Positions 22,377-31,872 of a DNA stretch of 64,000 nucleotides are shown here, piece by piece (the first letter of the stretch is position 1; every line of letters starts with the position of its first letter). The DNA is taken from assembly GCA_002897855.1 (NCBI GenBank), contig BDTO01000067.1:9950-73949 (forward strand), in the 5' to 3' direction. The translations under genes and the position numbers were made by a program. The notes beneath the pieces were generated by a model. That model saw nothing but the letters and a program-made list of their open reading frames with translations, made no database searches and was not told where the DNA came from. The DNA is from a bacterium BMS3Bbin05 (GTDB taxonomy: Bacteria > Nitrospirota > Thermodesulfovibrionia > Thermodesulfovibrionales > BMS3Bbin05).

Positions 22377-23393
22377 TTATTTCAGTATGCCGTTTTTCAC
22401 ATGTATCAGTTGGGGGATAATCCTTTCGTAATCTTCGTTGGGCACCTGTGAATGCCACTTACCGGATAGTACACCCACCCCTATAACCATATAAAAAACG
22501 ATTACAAGGATTGCGGGATAAAGATACGGCCTCAATACCTTAAGTTTTTTCCCTGCCCTGAAAGTAATGTCCAGCGCACCCTCCGCCGGGCAACGGCTTA
22601 TGCATGTCATACAGCCGAAACATTCCGGGGAGGAAACAACCTCTTTTTTTTCTACATCGATACTGGTGGGACAGTGAATGCTGCATGACCGGCAGTGGTT
22701 GCACTTCTCCGCATTTCGCCTGATCTTTACAGGACTTATCAGGCTCACCAACCCGAGAAGAGCCCCATATGGGCACAAATACCTGCACCAGAAATTCTTA
22801 TAGAAGAGGGACAATATGCCAAGTGCGATAAGCACCCACATGGTAACAGCAGACATGTTGGTGAAGAAACGCATCATCCTCACATCAGCCGTCTTGTAGT
22901 AATCAGTTATAAAGAAAAGCACCATCATGTTAGGCGTCATTGCGATGCCGATTAAGATAAGGAAAAGGGACATGAGTACATACTTCAGGGATCTCAGCCC
23001 CATATCGGTATGCTTTTCAATGGTGAAACCTCTTCCGAATATTCTCTCACCCGCCATCCAGAAATACTGTGATACAGTTCCTATCGGGCATATCCATCCG
23101 CAGAAGCCCTTTTTCATCAGCATGGAAACCAGCACAACCGCAACAAACAGTATAAAACCGGATGGATGGACCGGCTCTATGATGCCTGTCAGAAGAAAGT
23201 ATTTAAATGCCATAAAACCGCCGATCGGGAGAAAGGCATCAACCGATGGCGGCCTTTGAACATAGGGGTATACAGGGTTGATAAAATGCAATACAAAGCG
23301 GTAAAAGTTGTAGCCGATAAATATGGTCAGCAGTAAGAAAAACAACTGAGCGGCATATCTCGTCTTTCTAATGTATGTCCTCTCTGAAAACAT
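22377..23393 (-). CDS. Membrane 4Fe-4S binding protein (YccM/NapH-like)
   Basis: FCGWICP, WCRYLCP, CNHCRSCSIHCP, CFGCMTCISRCP; real start MFSERT (the ORF-track extension runs into a repeat). Confidence 0.88.
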   Translation of the reverse strand: MFSERTYIRKTRYAAQLFFLLLTIFIGYNFYRFVLHFINPVYPYVQRPPSVDAFLPIGGFMAFKYFLLTGIIEPVHPSGFILFVAVVLVSMLMKKGFCGWICPIGTVSQYFWMAGERIFGRGFTIEKHTDMGLRSLKYVLMSLFLILIGIAMTPNMMVLFFITDYYKTADVRMMRFFTNMSAVTMWVLIALGILSLFYKNFWCRYLCPYGALLGLVSLISPVKIRRNAEKCNHCRSCSIHCPTSIDVEKKEVVSSPECFGCMTCISRCPAEGALDITFRAGKKLKVLRPYLYPAILVIVFYMVIGVGVLSGKWHSQVPNEDYERIIPQLIHVKNGILK

Positions 23394-23396
23394 CAC

Positions 23397-23541
23397 ATTG
23401 ATCTTCCCTGTGGCTCCGCCTGTCTGCGTGCGGCACGCACAGGCAGGCCACCGGTAATCTAATGCAGGGATTCTTGCATTATTATATTCGCTCTCTCTAC
23501 CCAGTGATAAACCCACGGGGTATACGCTCGCTATCCATTTA
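23397..23541. repeat. ATTGATCTTCCC...CTCGCTATCCATTTA repeat, copy 1, with 29-bp palindrome insert (23419-23447)
   Basis: Near-identical 5' two-thirds and terminus at 46913-47055 and 47772-47885. Confidence 0.9.
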
Positions 23542-23717
23542 TGATTACAAAGATCGGTAAACTAATAATATGATCCTGATCATATTATCATATCTATAAT
23601 TATTTTCACTTCAGCGACATCCTGCGGCAGTTATTTGTCTGATTAACAACATAATACTTGCTTTACTCTTTATTGCTACTGTAAAATCTTTAATAAAATT
23701 ATATGGAGGTAAATCCC

Positions 23718-24002
23718 ATGAACAAAGGAGACCTTATCGAAAAGGTATCATCCCTTGCAGGCTCGTCAAAGGCCGAGGCGGGAAGGTCGGTCAACGCAGT
23801 ACTCGACACCATTTCCAAAGCACTAAAAAAAGGTGATTCAGTTACCCTTGTCGGCTTCGGCACATTCAGTGTAGCAAAAACAAAGGCCAGAAAAGGGAGA
23901 AACCCGCAGACCGGGGAGACTATCAAGATAAAAGCCGGGAAGCGTCCCAGGTTCAAGGCCGGCCAGGGTTTAAAGAACATGGTTGCCGGAAAGAAGAAAT
24001 AA
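23718..24002 (+). CDS. hup: DNA-binding protein HU
   Basis: MNKGDLI..VTLVGFGTF..ARKGRNPQTG..P.FKAG; GGAGG RBS. Confidence 0.97.
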   Translation: MNKGDLIEKVSSLAGSSKAEAGRSVNAVLDTISKALKKGDSVTLVGFGTFSVAKTKARKGRNPQTGETIKIKAGKRPRFKAGQGLKNMVAGKKK

Positions 24003-24024
24003 CCTTAAAATATAGAAGAGAACA

Positions 24025-24064
24025 AAATAAACCCCTTTTGCTGAACAGTAAAAGGGGTTTATTT
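24025..24064. terminator. Bidirectional intrinsic terminator after hup
   Basis: AAATAAACCCCTTTTGCTG-AA-CAGTAAAAGGGGTTTATTT inverted repeat. Confidence 0.8.
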
Positions 24065-24229
24065 ATTAGGTTCTTCAGACTTTCCTGTGGGTTCCCCTCT
24101 TTGGAAAAGAGGGGTTACCGGAAATTCCGTCTCCAAATCACCAATACATCGAAAACAATTCATTTGCAATGCCTTACAAGACCCGAAGATACCGCTCTCC
24201 GGCAAAACAAGCGTAGACTCACCCATTAA

Positions 24230-24384
24230 CAGGCTGTCCGGGAAGTGTCATCCCTGAAATGAATTCAGAGCAGGCTCTGAATTCATTTCAGGATCTCAAG
24301 CAGTTATAACATGTTGTAAAAACGAGATTCCAAAAAAAAGTTCGAATGACAAAATAGACACTCTCTGCATTCCCGGACAGCCTG
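24230..24384. mobile_element. MITE-like element with REP doublet
   Basis: Perfect 15-bp TIR CAGGCTGTCCGGGAA/TTCCCGGACAGCCTG; internal GTCATCC...19-bp-stem palindrome...GAATGAC. Confidence 0.85.
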
Positions 24385-25575
24385 CTACGCGCTGACCCGG
24401 CATGCCGTTCGGCGGGGCGGCTGCGCGGGCGACTTCCCTTTCCGGGCGGGGCGCACACCGTAGTCGAAGTCGTCCAGGGTACGGCGATCGATCCGGCCGT
24501 GGAGAATCCGTTCGATTGCGCGCACCATCTCCCGGTCCTCATGACTGACCAGGGTGAAGGCGTCCCCGGTCCTGGCCACCCGGCCGGTCCGGCCTATGCG
24601 GTGGATATAGGCATCCGTGGTATTGGGGATGTCGTAATTGATAACGTGCGAGACCCGGGTGACGTCGATACCGCGAGCGGCGATATCGGTCGCCACCAGG
24701 ATCCGGTAAGTACCCTTACGAAAGCCGTCCAGCGCGGCCTGGCGCCTCGACTGGGAGAGGTTCCCCTGCAGGGAAGCGGCGGCGTAGCCCGACTTGGCCA
24801 GTTGTTCGCCGAGACGCCGGGCGCGGTGCTTGGTCCGGGTAAAGACCAGCACCGATTCGGTGTCGGTCTTCCGCAGGAGATCGAGCAGCAAGGCCGTCTT
24901 GAGGTGGGGTTCCACCGGATAGAGGGCGTGACTGACTGTGGCCGCCGGGGCCGAGACGCCTACCCGAACCGTGACCGGGTCGTGCAGGACCTCCTCGGCC
25001 AGACGCCGGATCTCACCGGACATGGTGGCCGAAAAGAGAAGCGTCTGCCGCTTCCGGGGAAGATGCCCGAGGATCCGCCGGATGTCCGGAAGAAATCCCA
25101 TGTCGAACATATGGTCGGCCTCGTCCAGGACCAGGACTTCGAGGCGGCTGAGATCCACGGCTCCGCGGCCGATCAGGTCGAGGAGCCTGCCGGGGCAGGC
25201 CACCACGATGTCGGCACCCTGCCGGAGTTTTACCTCCTGGCCGCGAACTCCCACGCCGCCGTATACGGTGACGCTACGAATGCGGGTCTTTCGGCCCAGG
25301 CTCCGGACAGTCTCGTGAGTCTGCTCGGCCAGCTCCCGTGTGGGCGCGACAATCAGCCCGCGCACGCGGCCCTGTTTTCCCTGTACCAGGCGGTGCAGCA
25401 TGGGAAGCACGAACGCCGCTGTTTTGCCGGTCCCGGTCTGTGCCAGGCCCATAACATCCCGGCCGTTCATGACCTTGGGAATAGCCTGTGCCTGAATCGG
25501 CGTGGGATTAACATACCCCTGCGCAGTCACGCCGGCAGCGACGCGGGGGTGTAAATTGAATGCACTAAAATCCAT
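24385..25575 (-). CDS. rhlE: DEAD-box RNA helicase, RhlE-like
   Basis: Q motif TPIQ, AQTGTGKT, PTRELA, DEAD, SAT, ARGID, HRIGRTGR; start MDFSAF with AAGGAG RBS. Confidence 0.92.
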   Translation of the reverse strand: MDFSAFNLHPRVAAGVTAQGYVNPTPIQAQAIPKVMNGRDVMGLAQTGTGKTAAFVLPMLHRLVQGKQGRVRGLIVAPTRELAEQTHETVRSLGRKTRIRSVTVYGGVGVRGQEVKLRQGADIVVACPGRLLDLIGRGAVDLSRLEVLVLDEADHMFDMGFLPDIRRILGHLPRKRQTLLFSATMSGEIRRLAEEVLHDPVTVRVGVSAPAATVSHALYPVEPHLKTALLLDLLRKTDTESVLVFTRTKHRARRLGEQLAKSGYAAASLQGNLSQSRRQAALDGFRKGTYRILVATDIAARGIDVTRVSHVINYDIPNTTDAYIHRIGRTGRVARTGDAFTLVSHEDREMVRAIERILHGRIDRRTLDDFDYGVRPARKGKSPAQPPRRTACRVSA

Positions 25576-25674
25576 ATTCTCCTTCTTTCCGGTTCCCCTA
25601 AAAAAAAACCCCGGATGCATTCCGGGGCCTACGATCATTTCGTTTTGTTCCGGGAACAGTGATTATTGCGTATA

Positions 25675-25704
25675 AGTGTAGCAGAGCAGGGAAAGCCCTG
25701 TCAA
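25675..25704 (-). promoter_or_regulatory. Putative sigma70 promoter of rhlE
   Basis: TTGACA-18 nt-TACACT with TGn extension. Confidence 0.6.
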
Positions 25705-25771
25705 GCAGACTCTCAGCCGGAATTTCCCCAATTATCAGGAATGGATTTCCATGGATGAGAAGCCTCAGAGA

Positions 25772-26398
25772 TCAAACAACATAAAACAACACGGTGAGAT
25801 AATGACTGATGCTGCCCAGCAGCACGAACAAATGCCAGATACCGTGGAAATGACGCACTCTCTTATCCAGAGCGTAGAAAACGATCCCGCCCGTATAGAA
25901 AAGCCCTCCCAGCAAAAGCCAGACAAAACCCATGGAAGGCAAAGCCTGCAGCAGGGGTTTGAGCGCCATCAAAACGAGCCAGCCCATGAGAAGATAAATG
26001 ACCACGGGCAGAATCCGAAGACCCTTTTGAGGAAATGAGTCCACCACAATCCCCAAAACCGCCAGGCCCCAGATGACGCCGAAGATGGACCAGCCCCAAG
26101 GCCCGCGAAGGGTCACCAGAGTGAAAGGGGTATAGGTACCGGCAATCAGGAGATAGATCGCCTGGTGGTCAAGTTTGCGAAAAACATCCTTTGCCTTCCC
26201 CCGAAGGCTGTGATAAAGCGCTGAAGAAGTGTAAAGCAGTAAGAGAGTGGCCCCGTATATACTAAAGCTCACGATCTTCCACGGGTCCCCCTGGCGCGAA
26301 GCCGCTACAACCAGTACCACCAAACCGGCCAGCGCTGCCGCTGCACCAATGAGGTGACTGATACTATTAAACCGTTCTCCTTTTTTCATCCAAGCCAA
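25772..26398 (-). CDS. Hemolysin III / PAQR family membrane protein
   Basis: ERFNSISH, SALYH, LDH.AIYLLIAGTYTP, HGIWHLFV, SH. Confidence 0.95.
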   Translation of the reverse strand: MAWMKKGERFNSISHLIGAAAALAGLVVLVVAASRQGDPWKIVSFSIYGATLLLLYTSSALYHSLRGKAKDVFRKLDHQAIYLLIAGTYTPFTLVTLRGPWGWSIFGVIWGLAVLGIVVDSFPQKGLRILPVVIYLLMGWLVLMALKPLLQALPSMGFVWLLLGGLFYTGGIVFYALDKRVRHFHGIWHLFVLLGSISHYLTVLFYVV

Positions 26399-26632
26399 CC
26401 TTCAAACCCGCCGGCCCGGTTTATCTTTCGGTGCAATAAACTCATCATCGAATCCGCGTCCGTCCTCTCATCACTCCCAACAACATTTCTTAAACTTCTT
26501 CCCACTCCCACAGGGACAGGGATCGTTCCGCCCCACGTCAGTGTATGCTTTACGAAAAGTCTCTCCACGCACGGATCCATCTTCACGAAAACGATCTTTA
26601 TATTTTGCTTCTATTTAAAAACAGGCATACGG

Positions 26633-26836
26633 TCAGGTCTTTGATTTTGATGTTTCATCTCTCACCAGCCTGCTGATGGTTGAATAATGCAATCCAAGGT
26701 GATCGGCAATCTCCTTCCGGCTGTACCCGTGTTTCTCTATAGCTTCCCTTATCTTCCTGTCGCGCAAGAACTTCGTTCTTTTCACTCCGCCGGCAAATAT
26801 CTCTTGAAGCTCCGGCCGGTTGATGAACCGCCGGCT
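26633..26836 (-). pseudogene. C-terminal fragment of a RAYT/IS200-like tyrosine transposase (HTH tail)
   Basis: Manual translation with no start codon: SRRFINRPELQEIF...DRKIREAIEKHGYSRKEIADHLGLHYSTISRLV...SKT*; ends in AAAGACCTGACC. Confidence 0.65.
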
Positions 26837-26846
26837 CTAAGGTTAA

Positions 26847-26989
26847 ACGGGCTCTTGAAAAACTCCTTAATTGTCACCCTGAACTTGTTTCAGGGTCTCC
26901 TAACCCATTAATTTTATTAGAGGTCCCGAGCTTAATTCGGGATTCAGCATGACACATTGTACTGTTTTGTGCCTTTTTCAACAGCCGGT
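26847..26989. mobile_element. MITE-like element with REP doublet
   Basis: TIRs ACGGGCTCTTGAAAAA / TTTTTCAACAGCCGGT; GTCACCCTGAACTTGTTTCAGGGTCT ... TTCAGCATGAC. Confidence 0.8.
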
Positions 26990-27065
26990 CAAGGCCTGTC
27001 CCCCATCACCCGAGATAGAGTTGGTAGCCCCTCAAAACACCATAACTCACTGTGAACAAAATAGA

Positions 27066-27111
27066 AACGAACCGGCCGGCATGTCGTTTCCGACACCAGG
27101 ACCGGTTCGTT
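27066..27111 (-). terminator. Hairpin terminator downstream of ssrA
   Basis: AACGAACCGG...CCGGTTCGTT stem followed by a T-rich tract on the minus strand. Confidence 0.7.
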
Positions 27112-27120
27112 AAAATTCAT

Positions 27121-27466
27121 TGGTGGAGGCGGCGGGAATCGAACCCGCGTCCGGAAGTACTACTCCCAGGCTTCTACATGCTTATTCCGCCATTTAAATT
27201 TCAGGTCATGAACCGCCGGCAGACAGGCTTTTCAAAACCCTATCCCTTAAAGTCTTGCATCAGGATTAAGGGCATCACCTGATGCCAGCCTGCTAAATGA
27301 CGCTAACTCCGAATAGCAGACATTTCCGGAGCAGCGCGCTGCTTTATTTAAGCAGCGAGTGCCAGTTCGTCGTTGGCGTTTGTGTTTTGTTCCGTCTTTT
27401 ACCGTGGTGACGGAGCCACGGCATGCGACCTGAGCCTCATAACCCCCGTCGAATCCATACGCCCCC
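27121..27466 (-). ncRNA. ssrA: tmRNA; tag peptide (A)ANDELALAA* at 27377-27348
   Basis: 5' GGGGGCGTATGGATTCGAC, 3' GGGTTCGATTCCCGCCGCCTCCACCA with G3-U acceptor pair; adjacent to smpB. Confidence 0.97.
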
Positions 27467-27536
27467 AAAAGGCCGGGATTGAAAGGCATGGGTCAGGTGG
27501 TTAGGAATTGGATAACATCCTTTACTAACCCCCGTA

Positions 27537-27977
27537 CTATCCCTTCATCGCCCGTTCTATTTCGCGCTTCGCTTCGCGCGCCTTGATAGATTCTCTTTTT
27601 TCAAAGAACTTCTTGCCCCTTGCAAGGGCAATTTCAAGTTTTATATATGGTCCCCTGAAATACATCTTCAGGGGTATCAGGGAGTAACCCTTTTGTACTG
27701 CCTTACCCTGTAATTTCCGAATTTCCTTCGCATGAATCAGCAGTTTTCGCGTCCGGAGCGGATCGTGGTTCATGATATTACCATGACTGTACGGGCTTAT
27801 ATGACAGTTAAGAAGAAACGCTTCTTCCTGTTTTATTATAACATAGCTGTCTTTCAGATTCACCCTGCCCTCCCTCGCGGATTTTACTTCAGTCCCCTTG
27901 AGGCTGATCCCGGCTTCCAGGGTCTCTTCAACATTATAATCATGGAATGCCTTCCTGTTTTGTGCTATTGCTTTCAT
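27537..27977 (-). CDS. smpB: SsrA-binding protein
   Basis: [34 protein letters not shown]; start MKAIAQ. Confidence 0.97.
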   Translation of the reverse strand: MKAIAQNRKAFHDYNVEETLEAGISLKGTEVKSAREGRVNLKDSYVIIKQEEAFLLNCHISPYSHGNIMNHDPLRTRKLLIHAKEIRKLQGKAVQKGYSLIPLKMYFRGPYIKLEIALARGKKFFEKRESIKAREAKREIERAMKG

Positions 27978-28090
27978 GTTATATCTTAACACATGGTAAT
28001 AAGAAACATTTTGCCCGGATGGCCGGCAAGTTGTAAGGAATTCGCTCTCCGCTTGAAAATACACACGCCTTTTTTTTATTATCAATTACG

Positions 28091-29299
28091 ATGCAGGATA
28101 CGATAAGGACCCTTATACAGAAAAACAGCAGCAAGATATTCATGTTCGTTCTTGACGGGCTTGGAGGACTGCCTGTCAGGGGATCTACCGAACTCGAAGC
28201 CGCCAAAACACCCAATCTTGATGCAATAGCCCACACCTCGGCCTGCGGACTGCATGTACCTGTGGGATATGGGATAACGCCGGGCAGCGGGCCGGGCCAT
28301 CTCGGTATTTTCGGTTATAATCCTGTTGAATGGCAGATCGGGAGGGGGGTACTTGAAGCCCTGGGTCTCGGGATGGAACTCCATAATACTGATGTTGCCT
28401 TAAGATGCAATTATTCAACACTTGCAGAAGGCCTGGTAAAAGACAGGAGGGCCGGAAGGATACCGGCCGGCCGGAGCAAAAAACTTACTGAAAAACTCCA
28501 GGAAGGGATCAATCGGATCGATGAAGCGGAAATAATTTTTTCCGCAGGTATGGAACACAGGTTTGCTGTTGTTATCAGATTTCCCGAGCCACTTGAAATC
28601 GGCTCCACACTTGTAAATGATACCGACCCCCAGAAGACCGGCAAAGCGCCTATCCCGCCAAAGCCCGAGAACAAACAGTCGGAAAGAGTGGCAAGGATAG
28701 CGGAAAAACTCATCAGGGAAGCATCCGATATTCTGAAAGATGAGGAGAGGGCAAACTATATCCTTCTTAGAGGGTTTTCGCAGGTACCGGAAATACCTTC
28801 CTTCGAAGACGCCTTTGGCCTTAAGGCGCTTGCAATTGCAACATACCCGATGTACAGGGGACTTGCGCGTCTCATAGGTATGGATACGCCTGTTGTTACC
28901 GGTGATATCAGGGAAGAGACAGAGTTTCTGAAGAATAATCTGAATGGCTATGACTTCTTTTTTGTCCATGTCAAGAAGACCGACTCTTACGGTGAAGACG
29001 GCAACTTCGAAGCAAAGGTATCAAAGATCGAAGAATTTGACGGCGTATTGCCTGAAATCCTCGCTATGGATCCGGACGTACTGATAATAACGGGAGATCA
29101 TTCAACTCCTTCCCTGATAAAGGGACACAGCTGGCACCCTGTACCGGTACTCCTGAAATCGCCCTATGTGCTTGGAAGGCTTTCCGAAAGACTGACCGAA
29201 AGAGAGTGCACAAAAGGCGAACTGGGTATATTTCCCGCCACCGGCATTGTACCCCTCGCTCTCGCCAACTCCGGCAGACTCAGGAAATTCGGAGCATAA
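28091..29299 (+). CDS. apgM: Cofactor-independent phosphoglycerate mutase, ApgM type
   Basis: LDGLGG, TPNLD, PGSGPGHL, DRRAGRI, KKTDSYGEDG, TGDHSTP, HSWHPVP. Confidence 0.93.
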   Translation: MQDTIRTLIQKNSSKIFMFVLDGLGGLPVRGSTELEAAKTPNLDAIAHTSACGLHVPVGYGITPGSGPGHLGIFGYNPVEWQIGRGVLEALGLGMELHNTDVALRCNYSTLAEGLVKDRRAGRIPAGRSKKLTEKLQEGINRIDEAEIIFSAGMEHRFAVVIRFPEPLEIGSTLVNDTDPQKTGKAPIPPKPENKQSERVARIAEKLIREASDILKDEERANYILLRGFSQVPEIPSFEDAFGLKALAIATYPMYRGLARLIGMDTPVVTGDIREETEFLKNNLNGYDFFFVHVKKTDSYGEDGNFEAKVSKIEEFDGVLPEILAMDPDVLIITGDHSTPSLIKGHSWHPVPVLLKSPYVLGRLSERLTERECTKGELGIFPATGIVPLALANSGRLRKFGA

Positions 29300-29317
29300 T
29301 TTTATCAGTAACTGGCG

Positions 29318-30739
29318 ATGAACAAAATACATGACAAAGATATGAATACTCATGACTCATTACCCTTCACTCACCATCCCCTGATCGATACCCACTGCCA
29401 TCTTGAAATGGAACAGTACGATAGCGACCGTGATGAGGTCATAAAAAGGGCTTCGGGGCAAAATGTCGAGGCAATGATTACTGTAGGAACAAACATCGAA
29501 AGTAATCACAGGGTACTTGCACTTGCCGGCGAATATGAGAACATATACGCTTCAGTCGGCATCCATCCCCATGACGCAACGAGTGCAACAGAAAAAATAT
29601 ATGATGAGATAACCGGTTGGAGCAGGAACAGGAAAACGGTGGCAATAGGCGAAACAGGTCTTGATTACCACTATGACAATTCACCGAGGGAGATACAGAG
29701 AAATGTATTTGCAAAACACCTGGAGCTGGCAAAGAACCTGGATCTGCCGGCAATTGTACACTCGAGGGATGCAAAGGAAGACACCCTCTCTATATTGAGA
29801 GATTCGGGGATATCAAAAGGAGTGCTTCACTGCTTTTCGGGTGATTCAGAAATGGCTGAAAAGGCAATGATGATGGGTCTCCATATCTCCTTTGCAGGAC
29901 CGGTAACATTCAAAAAAGCTGAAAGAAGCAGGGAAATAGTAAAACTCATTCCCGACGACTACCTGCTTGTAGAGACCGACGCCCCCTATCTCGCTCCCGT
30001 TCCGTACAGGGGTAAACGTAATGAACCGTCATATGTCGTTCTCACTGCACAAACTATTGCGGACATCAGGGGGGTAATACTTGACGACATAGCTCGAATT
30101 ACCACAATAAATGCCAGGAGACTCTTTAATATCGGCGATATTCCCCGGAAGGGAGAGATCGCTTACAAGATCAGAAAATCCCTTTATCTGAATATCACTA
30201 ACCGCTGTACAAACTGTTGCTCTTTCTGCGTGAGGACACAGAAGAATTTCGTAAAAGGGCACAATCTGAGGCTCTCTCACGAGCCCTCATACGAAGAGCT
30301 GATAGATGCTATCGGTAATCCCGCGGACTTCAGGGAAGTGGTCTTCTGCGGATACGGTGAACCATTGCTCCGGCTTGAACTGGTCAAAAAAGTTGCTTCA
30401 TGGATAAAATCAAAAGGTGGTACGGTACGAATAAATACAAACGGGCATGGGAACCTGATCCACAAAAGAAATATCCTCCCTGAGTTAGCCGGCATTGTGG
30501 ACAGTTTATCAATCAGTCTCAATGCCCATGATAAGGAAACCTACGACAAACTATGCGTTCCAATGTATAAAGACGCATTTCAGGGAGTTCTGGAGTTTAT
30601 CACTGAGGCAGGGAAATATATACCGGACATCAAGCTTACAGTAGTAGAGACGGTAAGTATTGACATCGAGAAATGCAAAAAGATTGCCGGGAAAGCCGGG
30701 GCAGGCTTCAGGGTAAGAAAACTTGATACAGTCGGATAG
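29318..30739 (+). CDS. TatD nuclease fused to TatD-associated radical SAM domain
   Basis: DTHCH, GIHPH, GETGLD, HCFSG, ETDAPY; then LYLNITNRCTNCCSFC, EVVFCGYGEP, RINTNG. Confidence 0.92.
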   Translation: MNKIHDKDMNTHDSLPFTHHPLIDTHCHLEMEQYDSDRDEVIKRASGQNVEAMITVGTNIESNHRVLALAGEYENIYASVGIHPHDATSATEKIYDEITGWSRNRKTVAIGETGLDYHYDNSPREIQRNVFAKHLELAKNLDLPAIVHSRDAKEDTLSILRDSGISKGVLHCFSGDSEMAEKAMMMGLHISFAGPVTFKKAERSREIVKLIPDDYLLVETDAPYLAPVPYRGKRNEPSYVVLTAQTIADIRGVILDDIARITTINARRLFNIGDIPRKGEIAYKIRKSLYLNITNRCTNCCSFCVRTQKNFVKGHNLRLSHEPSYEELIDAIGNPADFREVVFCGYGEPLLRLELVKKVASWIKSKGGTVRINTNGHGNLIHKRNILPELAGIVDSLSISLNAHDKETYDKLCVPMYKDAFQGVLEFITEAGKYIPDIKLTVVETVSIDIEKCKKIAGKAGAGFRVRKLDTVG

Positions 30740-30753
30740 ACCGGACGTAAGTC

Positions 30754-31872
30754 TTAGTTGACTTTCCTGTTCACCCATCCTTTAAATGCATCAACAATCT
30801 TCGGGTCAAATTGTGTACCGCTGCATCTCTCAATTTCCGCAACAGCATCTTCCACTGATTTTTTCTTCCTGTAAGGCCTGTCAGATGTCATTGCATCAAA
30901 GGCATCTGCAACAGCCATAATCCTGGAAAGTAACGGTATTTTCTCCCCGTCAAGGCCGTATATGCCTTTTTGACCATTAAAGTGTTCATGATGGTATTTA
31001 ATGCAATCAGTAATATCACCAAATTTTTCCAGTCCATCAAGTATCCCGGCTCCTACTGACGGATGACGTCTTATCTCAATCCATTCTCCCCCGCTAAGGG
31101 CTCCTTTCTTGTTCAGAATATCCTTTGGTGTCGCTATCTTGCCGATATCATGCAGAAGGCTGCATATTCTCAGCTTGTCGATCGTTTCCGTATCAAGTCC
31201 GAGTTCTTTCCCAATGGCGAGAGCATATCCGGTAACCCTTTCCGTATGTCCTGCAGTCCACATCGAACTGGCCTCAAGGGCCTTGACAAAAGACCTGATG
31301 GTTCCGACCAGAAAGTCTTCCATCTCCCTGTTCAACATGGCATTCTCCATGAATAGTGCAGCCTGCTGTGCAATGGCATTTACAAGTTTTATGTCTCTGG
31401 AATAAAACTCCTTACCATCGGTTTTGTCGGCAACAGCAAGGAGACCGATAATCTTTTTCTTTCCAATCATCGGGCAGAGAAGAACAGTATTTATATCAGG
31501 CAATAAGGCGGAAAATGCATGATTTTTTATATCACAGATTGCAATCGGCTTATTCCTGGTAAGTGACTGCCAGATTGCAGAATCATCCTTCTCTATCACC
31601 ACGGAGTTATCCCACTTGCCGCTTGTCCGGAACGTATACAATTCCTGAAGCTCTTCATCAAGCAACATTACTGCCGCAGTGTCTGATTCAGTGGATGATA
31701 CGGCCTGTTCCACAACCTTCGAGCAGATCTCATCGACATCCATTCCCGAAATGGAACTGGAAAACCGGTAAAGGAGGGAGAGCTCCTCATAAACCTCACT
31801 CAGTTCATTAACCGTTTTCCAAAGGTCATCTTTTATAGAGCCGGCGTCTTCCGTCATATCAGATGCCGCCAA
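30754..31872 (-). CDS. GAF plus HD-GYP-type phosphodiesterase
   Basis: HTERV, LLHDIGK, HHEHFNG.KG, AVADAFDAMTSDRPYR, GTQFDP. Confidence 0.9.
   Translation of the reverse strand: MAASDMTEDAGSIKDDLWKTVNELSEVYEELSLLYRFSSSISGMDVDEICSKVVEQAVSSTESDTAAVMLLDEELQELYTFRTSGKWDNSVVIEKDDSAIWQSLTRNKPIAICDIKNHAFSALLPDINTVLLCPMIGKKKIIGLLAVADKTDGKEFYSRDIKLVNAIAQQAALFMENAMLNREMEDFLVGTIRSFVKALEASSMWTAGHTERVTGYALAIGKELGLDTETIDKLRICSLLHDIGKIATPKDILNKKGALSGGEWIEIRRHPSVGAGILDGLEKFGDITDCIKYHHEHFNGQKGIYGLDGEKIPLLSRIMAVADAFDAMTSDRPYRKKKSVEDAVAEIERCSGTQFDPKIVDAFKGWVNRKVN

Noticed and set aside
23394-23516. N-terminal extensions in the ORF track (also 46668-46706 and 47750-47797)
   Set aside because: They are translations of repeat DNA (for example PACACRTQTG); downstream ATGs fit family starts better
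24499-25554. 351-aa plus-strand ORF
   Set aside because: Antisense shadow of the high-GC rhlE; no independent motifs
26386-26586. 66-aa ORF upstream of hlyIII
   Set aside because: No recognisable motif; may be decayed sequence
27121-27160. tRNA-like 3' end
   Set aside because: It is the tRNA-like domain of tmRNA, not a separate tRNA; no duplicated att copy was seen in the window
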